From Alphaproteobacteria bacterium (lineage in GTDB: Bacteria; Pseudomonadota; Alphaproteobacteria; Rs-D84): a stretch of 62,006 nt of DNA. The stretch is taken from NCBI GenBank assembly GCA_017427715.1, contig JAFRSF010000030.1, forward strand, positions 1 to 62,006, read 5' to 3'. Below, one piece after another: positions 52,073 to 62,006 of this stretch; the first letter of the stretch is position 1, and every line of letters starts with the position of its first letter. The notes beneath the pieces were generated by a model that saw only the letters and a program-made list of their open reading frames with translations, made no database searches and had not been told where the DNA came from. A program made the position numbers and the translations under genes.

Positions 52073-55000
52073 ATGGCAATTATCCAGAAACTTAGAAAAT
52101 CTTTTGGTAAAAGTTTTTTGCAAACTCCGCTTCCTGATTTAGTTGAAATTCAGTATAATTCTTACAAAGATTTCTTACAGGCAGATGTTGCCCCAGAAAA
52201 CAGAAAAAATGTGGGGTTGCAGAGTGTGTTCAAATCCATGTTTCCAATTAAAGATTATGCGGGAATCGCAGATTTGGAATTTATTGAATATACTTTGGAT
52301 AAACCTGTGTATAATGTTCAAGAATGTATGCTGCGAGATATGACGTATTCCAGCAAACTGAAATTGAAGCTGAGATTGATTTTGTGGGATATCGCAGAAG
52401 ATGGTAAAAAATCTTTGCGTGATATCAAAGAACAAGAAATATTTATGGGTGAAGTTCCATTGATGACAGAACGCGGCAGTTTTATTGCTGCTGGGGTTGA
52501 ACGTGTTGTGGTATCTCAGATGCACCGCGCCCAAGGTGTCGTTTTCGGAACAACAAAAGAAGCGAAAATTGCCGGAAATCCAGAAACTTATACAGGTCGT
52601 ATAATCCCAGAACATGGTTCTTGGATTGATTTTGAAGAATCCAAAGGTGTTATATATGTTCGTATAGACCGCAGACGTAAAATCCCTGCAACAGTGCTTT
52701 TGCGTTGCTTGCCGTGTGCGGCTGATGAAAAGAAATTTATGGCTGACCCACACAAACCAACAATTGTTGGTATGGATAATGAAGAAATATTGGATTATTT
52801 CTATAAGAAGATTCCTTTGTCTTTTGATGGAAAATTGTGGATTGGGGACACCAGTGTTTTTGAAGGTTTGGATAAATATCGTTTGAATTACGATTTAATA
52901 AATCCAAAAAATAAAGAAAAATTGGCTAACAAGGGTGATCGTTTAAATGCTAAACGTTTTGCAAAGATTAAATCTGCATCAAAAACGTTTGGTATTGAAT
53001 CCGATGCTTTGATTGGTGAATATTTGTTCAGTGCTGTGAAAAACGGCGAAGAAGTGCTGTTCCAAGAAGGTACAGAAATCACAGAAGAAGTGTTAAACGA
53101 ATTAGAGAAATTAGGTGTTAAAAATATTTCTTTGATTGCGATTGACGGTACAACAGTTGGTGCGCATATGCGTAATACTTTGATGGCTGATAAAACAACG
53201 TCTCGCGAAGAAGCATTAGTTGCAATTTACGATGTTGTTCGTCCGGGTGAACGTCCAACACTGGAAGCGGCTATTAATTTATTCTTGCGTCAAGGTTTTG
53301 ATTCAGCATATTACGATTTATCACCGGTTGGTCGTTTCAAAATGAATAAACGTTTGAAAATTGATTCCGGCAAAAAACCAGAAGATGAACGTACTTTGAC
53401 GAAATCAGATTTCTTGGCGGTGTTAAAAACATTGGCAAATATTATTGACAAGAAAGACACAATTGATGATATTGATAATTTGTCTAACCGTCGTATTCGT
53501 GCGGTTGGTGAATTATTTGAACAAACTTTCCGTACAGGTATGTTGCGCATTGAAAGATTAGTTCGCGAAAGTTTGACATCTCCGAATATTGCAACAATGC
53601 AGCCCCAAGATGTAATCAATGCAAAACCTTTGATGTCATTGATAGCGGAATTTTTGGGAACATCTCAGTTGTCTCAGTTTATGGATTCTTATAATCCATT
53701 GGCAGAAGTAGAACATAAACGTTTGGTATCTGCTTTGGGACCTGGGGGATTGAATCGTGAACGTGCTGGTATTGGTGTCCGTGACGTACATCCAACGCAC
53801 TATGGCAGATTATGCCCAATTCAAAGTCCAGAAGGTCCAAACATTGGTTTGATTACTCACTTGGCATCTTATGCACGTGTGAATCCTTATGGATTTATTG
53901 AAACACCTTATTATGTTGTTAAAAACAGCAAAATCACAGATGAGATGGTGTATTTAACAGCTGATGAAGAATTGGGACACAAAATTGCACAGGGTAATAC
54001 CCCGACAACATCTGCTGGTGTTTTATCAGAAGATATGGTTACAGCACGTGTTGATGGCGATTTTACAATGGTTCCAAAAGAAGAAATTGATTTAATTGAC
54101 GTGGCACCACGTCAGGTTGTATCTATTGCAGCAGGTTTGATTCCATTTGTTGCAAATGACGACTCGCACCGTGCTTTGATGGGTTCTAACATGCAACGTC
54201 AAGGTGTACCACTAATGCGTGTAGAAGCACCATTGGTTGGAACAGGTATTGAACGTGAAGTGGCACGTGATTCACGCACTGGTAAAGTTGCGAAACATAG
54301 CGGTGTTGTTGAATCAGTGGATGCTAATCGTATCGTTGTTAAATGTATGAATTCGCGTAATGTTGTGACAGGTGTAGATATTTATAACCTGGAAAAATTT
54401 GGTCGTTCAAATGGTGAAACAGTTATTCATCAAAAACCATTGGTTCACGTTGGTGACAGAATATCCACGGGCGATATTATCGCGGACGGTTCTTCTATGA
54501 ATTATGGTGAATTGGCGTTGGGACGGAATGTTTTGGTTGCCTTTATGCCATGGCGTGGTTATAACTATGAAGACGGTATCGTGATTTCTGAACGTATTTC
54601 TCGTGATGATGTATTTACGTCAATCAAGATTGTGGAAAAAGAAATCAAATTGCGTGATACACAATTGGGACCAGAAAGTTTTACACGTGATATTCCAAAT
54701 GTAGGTGAAGAAGCACTGAAGAATTTGGATGAATCCGGTATTATTTATGTTGGTGCAAATGTGAAACAGGGTGATATTTTGGTTGGTCGTGTTTCTCCTA
54801 AATCTGAAACGTTACTAACTCCAGAAGAGGCCTTGTTGCGTAACATTTTCGGTGAAAAAGCATTAAACGTTAAAGATTCTTCATTAAAGGTTGGACCAAA
54901 CGAAGAAGGAACTGTTATTGGTGTTAATGTTTTGACACGTCATGGTGTCAAAAAAGATGACAGAACACAAATGATTGAATTGCAGAAAATCGAAAAAATC

Positions 55001-56209
55001 AACAAAAATCGTGATGAAGAAACAGCGATTATTGAAGACGGTTTTGCTGATCAGATTTTCCAATTGGCTGAAAATGCTGTTATTTCCGCTGGTTCAGGCA
55101 GTTTGAAACCATTTATTGGTAAAAAATTGACAGCAGAAGTATTTGAAGGTATCAAACCATCAGACATGAAAAAATTGGTGATTGATAACAAAGAAATACA
55201 GGCAAAAATTGATGAATTACGCGAACAACATGTTCTGAAATTAAAGGAATTGAATGAACGTGCTGATGCTGAAATTCAAAAAGCCACAGAAAGCAATTCT
55301 TTGGGTGCTGGTGTTTTGAAGGAAGTCAAAGTATATATTGCACACAAAATGAAATTACAACCTGGTGACAAGATGGCTGGTCGTCATGGAAACAAAGGTA
55401 TTGTGTCTATAGTCGTGCCGATTGAAGACATGCCACACATGGAAGATGGAACACCTGTGGATATCGTTTTAAATCCTTTGGGTGTACCAAGCCGTATGAA
55501 CATTGGTCAGTTGTTTGAAACACACCTTGGTATGGCTGCCCGCAGTTTAGGACAACAAATTGGCGAAATACTAGACGAAGTAAAACAAAAACGTGCAGTG
55601 ACAGATGATTTGCGTTCAATTATGGGCAAGATTTATGGTAAAAATGTTGCTGAAAAACTAGAAAAAATGACCGATACAGACGTTCGTGCAGAAGCAGCGC
55701 TGTTAAAAGATGGTGTTCCAATGGCAACACCGACATTTGACGGTGCAACACCAGAAGAAATCAAATCGATGTTGAAATTGGCTAAATTACCAGAATCAGG
55801 TCAATTTACATTGTATGATGGTGTAACCGGTGAAAAGTTTGCTCGTCCAGTGACTGTTGGTGTTATGTACATGATGAAATTGCATCATTTGGTTGATGAA
55901 AAGATTCATGCACGTTCAACAGGCAGTTATTCTTTGGTCACACAACAGCCTTTGTCTGGTAAAGCACACATGGGTGGTCAGCGACTTGGAGAAATGGAAG
56001 TTTGGGCGTTAGAGGCACACGGTGCGGCGCATCTGTTGCGTGAAATGTTGACTGTTAAATCTGACGATATTGTTGGCAGAAATAAGATGTACGAAGCAAT
56101 TATTTCTGGAAACAACGATATTCAAACAGGTACCCCAGAGGCATTCAACGTGCTTGTACGTGAATTGCGCGGGTTAGGTCTGGCATTAACAGCGAAAAAA
56201 ATTGACTAG
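52073..56209 (+). CDS. rpoB: DNA-directed RNA polymerase subunit beta
   Basis: 1378 aa with conserved blocks, e.g. GPGGLNRERAG, NMQRQGVPL, GDKMAGRHGNKGIVS, MNIGQLFETHLG. Confidence 0.98.
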   Translation: MAIIQKLRKSFGKSFLQTPLPDLVEIQYNSYKDFLQADVAPENRKNVGLQSVFKSMFPIKDYAGIADLEFIEYTLDKPVYNVQECMLRDMTYSSKLKLKLRLILWDIAEDGKKSLRDIKEQEIFMGEVPLMTERGSFIAAGVERVVVSQMHRAQGVVFGTTKEAKIAGNPETYTGRIIPEHGSWIDFEESKGVIYVRIDRRRKIPATVLLRCLPCAADEKKFMADPHKPTIVGMDNEEILDYFYKKIPLSFDGKLWIGDTSVFEGLDKYRLNYDLINPKNKEKLANKGDRLNAKRFAKIKSASKTFGIESDALIGEYLFSAVKNGEEVLFQEGTEITEEVLNELEKLGVKNISLIAIDGTTVGAHMRNTLMADKTTSREEALVAIYDVVRPGERPTLEAAINLFLRQGFDSAYYDLSPVGRFKMNKRLKIDSGKKPEDERTLTKSDFLAVLKTLANIIDKKDTIDDIDNLSNRRIRAVGELFEQTFRTGMLRIERLVRESLTSPNIATMQPQDVINAKPLMSLIAEFLGTSQLSQFMDSYNPLAEVEHKRLVSALGPGGLNRERAGIGVRDVHPTHYGRLCPIQSPEGPNIGLITHLASYARVNPYGFIETPYYVVKNSKITDEMVYLTADEELGHKIAQGNTPTTSAGVLSEDMVTARVDGDFTMVPKEEIDLIDVAPRQVVSIAAGLIPFVANDDSHRALMGSNMQRQGVPLMRVEAPLVGTGIEREVARDSRTGKVAKHSGVVESVDANRIVVKCMNSRNVVTGVDIYNLEKFGRSNGETVIHQKPLVHVGDRISTGDIIADGSSMNYGELALGRNVLVAFMPWRGYNYEDGIVISERISRDDVFTSIKIVEKEIKLRDTQLGPESFTRDIPNVGEEALKNLDESGIIYVGANVKQGDILVGRVSPKSETLLTPEEALLRNIFGEKALNVKDSSLKVGPNEEGTVIGVNVLTRHGVKKDDRTQMIELQKIEKINKNRDEETAIIEDGFADQIFQLAENAVISAGSGSLKPFIGKKLTAEVFEGIKPSDMKKLVIDNKEIQAKIDELREQHVLKLKELNERADAEIQKATESNSLGAGVLKEVKVYIAHKMKLQPGDKMAGRHGNKGIVSIVVPIEDMPHMEDGTPVDIVLNPLGVPSRMNIGQLFETHLGMAARSLGQQIGEILDEVKQKRAVTDDLRSIMGKIYGKNVAEKLEKMTDTDVRAEAALLKDGVPMATPTFDGATPEEIKSMLKLAKLPESGQFTLYDGVTGEKFARPVTVGVMYMMKLHHLVDEKIHARSTGSYSLVTQQPLSGKAHMGGQRLGEMEVWALEAHGAAHLLREMLTVKSDDIVGRNKMYEAIISGNNDIQTGTPEAFNVLVRELRGLGLALTAKKID

Positions 56210-56269
56210 TGGCCGGGCCACAGACGATGAAAGTCGTCTGCCGGCCACAAGGCACTTTTAGTGACTTAA

Positions 56270-60387
<4,118 letters not shown>

Positions 60388-60528
60388 TATAAAACAGAAT
60401 ATGCCCGATGTTTGCGCTATGGTAAATGTCGGGCCTATTCATGCAGTGAGATAAATACGTATATTTTTTTACTTGCAAATGGACAATAATAGAATAAAAT
60501 AGACAATTGTAAATAAAAGGATTGTAAA

Positions 60529-60678
60529 ATGGCAACTCCAAAAAGTAAAACAAGTAAAGCACGTTCTGCACAACGTCGTTCACATGATGCGTTGTCAGTG
60601 ATGCCGGTTTCTGTATGCAAAAAATGTGGTGAAAAGAAACGTCCACATCACGTTTGCCCTGCATGCGGTTCAAAATAA
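60529..60678 (+). CDS. rpmF: 50S ribosomal protein L32
   Basis: Hand translation gives MATPKSKTSKARSAQRRSHDALSVMPVSVCKKCGEKKRPHHVCPACGSK* (49 aa). It is below the track cutoff and sits in the conserved position upstream of plsX. Confidence 0.92.
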   Translation: MATPKSKTSKARSAQRRSHDALSVMPVSVCKKCGEKKRPHHVCPACGSK

Positions 60679-60741
60679 TCGTATAAGATAACCAAGAATA
60701 GGGCGCGGATTGCAATTCCGAATGCCCTTTTTTGTACCAAA

Positions 60742-61815
60742 ATGACAGAAAGCAAAAGAGTTATTTCCATAGATGCCATGGGTGGCGACCATGCCCCAAA
60801 TGCTGTTTTGGGTGGCATAAATCAATTTTTATATCAATATGGAGAAGATGTGGCTTTCTTTCGTTTGTTTGGCAAAGAACAGATTTTGCGTTCTATGTTG
60901 AAAAAGTTTCCACGTGTTGCGCGTAACTGTGAAATAGTGAACGCAGATGACGTTGTTTCTGCTACAGACAAAGTACGCGATGTTATACGTCATGCCCAAG
61001 AAACATCTATGTACAAAGCAATAATGGATGTTCGTGATGGTAATTCTTCTGCGGTAGTATCTGCTGGGAATACTGGTGTATTGATGGCTTTGTCTAAATT
61101 GGCGTTGAAAACAGTTGATGGAATATCCAGACCTGCAATAACAACAATGTTGCCATCTGGAAACGGCGATTCACGTGTTGTTGGCTTGGATTTGGGTGCA
61201 AATGTTCAGTGTGATGAAGAAATATTATTTGATTTTGCAATATTGGGCAGTGTATATGCAGAAATCATTGGTGGTATGAAACGTCCAAAGGTTGGCATTT
61301 TAAATATCGGTGAAGAAGAAACCAAAGGCAGTGAAACACTGCAACGATTAAACAAGATTTTAACGGAACATAGTGAAGAATTGCCGTATAAATACATCGG
61401 GTTTGTAGAGGGTACAGATATTTCTGCTGGAAATGTTCAGGTTGTCGTCACAGATGGTTTTACGGGCAATGTAATGTTAAAAACGGTCGAAGGTACCGCA
61501 AAAATGATTTCGCGTGTTGTCAAAGAAAATTACAAGAAATCATGGCTTGCAATACTTGGAACGTTTTTCTTGATACATTTGTTCAAAAGATTAAAACACA
61601 AAATTGACCCACGTTCGTATGCAGGTGCTGTATTTTTGGGTTTAAACGGATTTTCGATAAAAACACATGGGAACAGCGATGCATTGGCATGGTCGCATGC
61701 GCTGGAATATGCTGCTAATTTATCTAAATCAGATTTTTATGGTAAAATCCGCGAAAGAACAAATGCATTATCTGCGATAAAAAATAAAATCAAAGATTTA
61801 AATAACGTGGAATAA
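60742..61815 (+). CDS. plsX: phosphate acyltransferase PlsX
   Basis: ISIDAMGGDHAP, GNTG, and VVTDGFTGNVMLKT motifs. Confidence 0.95.
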   Translation: MTESKRVISIDAMGGDHAPNAVLGGINQFLYQYGEDVAFFRLFGKEQILRSMLKKFPRVARNCEIVNADDVVSATDKVRDVIRHAQETSMYKAIMDVRDGNSSAVVSAGNTGVLMALSKLALKTVDGISRPAITTMLPSGNGDSRVVGLDLGANVQCDEEILFDFAILGSVYAEIIGGMKRPKVGILNIGEEETKGSETLQRLNKILTEHSEELPYKYIGFVEGTDISAGNVQVVVTDGFTGNVMLKTVEGTAKMISRVVKENYKKSWLAILGTFFLIHLFKRLKHKIDPRSYAGAVFLGLNGFSIKTHGNSDALAWSHALEYAANLSKSDFYGKIRERTNALSAIKNKIKDLNNVE

Positions 61816-61838
61816 TATTCACTTTGTTTTCTCTGTAA

Positions 61839-62006
61839 ATATCATATTTTGAATTATATTTTGGCTCGGGCAGTACCATCCCACGCCAATTAACAAAGGT
61901 TGAATGTAAAACTTGTCCATGGGTGGATTGTGCTGGTGTTGTTGATGAAACTAGTGCAGATAGTTATTCTTGTGGCATTGCATATACAGACACAGACACT
62001 ATACAA
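61839..62006 (+). other. coding-like open frame running off the right edge without a usable start (gene fragment or pseudogene?)
   Basis: Frame 3 is open from 61839 to the window end: ...GSGSTIPRQLTKVECKTCPWVDCAGVVDETSADSYSCGIAYTDTDTIQ. Composition is protein-like and Cys-rich. There is no in-frame ATG/GTG/TTG near its beginning. It ends in an acagac/acagac repeat. Confidence 0.3.

Overview
Visibly AT-rich bacterial chromosomal segment. It may be a whole contig, since both ends sit in CA-rich microsatellite-like sequence. Alphaproteobacterial, probably Rickettsiales/Holosporales-like: it has GapR/DUF2312, a short ValRS without the C-terminal coiled coil, a virB8-virB9-virB10 cluster, and the block tRNA-Trp-secE-nusG-rplKAJL-rpoBC followed by rpmF-plsX. 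Core genes recognised: comF, valS, rpmH (missed by the ORF track), gyrA, rmuC, def, fmt, truA, comEC, pyrG, pyk, a dacA-like PBP, recR, rsmA, a Kef-type antiporter, lspA, yidC, and a MarR-TolC-adaptor-RND efflux operon. An accessory stretch (about 10-18.9 kb) holds lipoprotein and secreted hypothetical genes, an orphan phage MuF-motif gene, and a UDG/methyltransferase/GNAT islet, bounded by tRNA-Glu and tRNA-Gln. Items most worth follow-up: (1) an unannotated ~217-nt structured RNA (16035-16251, minus) with a near-consensus promoter, an intrinsic terminator and three mutually exclusive helices, which looks like a riboswitch or attenuator leader. (2) Both tRNA-Glu and tRNA-Gln are followed ~190 bp downstream by an exact 19-20-nt copy of their own 3' end, enclosing GC-richer, hairpin-dense modules. 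(3) A stand-alone virB8-9-10 operon with no ATPase genes nearby, in which VirB9 is fused to a SPOR domain and VirB10 is expanded to 805 aa. (4) A 1-nt frameshift in essential rpoC at a T4 run. (5) A translationally coupled glycine-zipper protein plus trypsin-like protease pair. No CRISPR array, rRNA, transposase or integrase was seen. All family calls come from motif recognition by eye; no searches were run.
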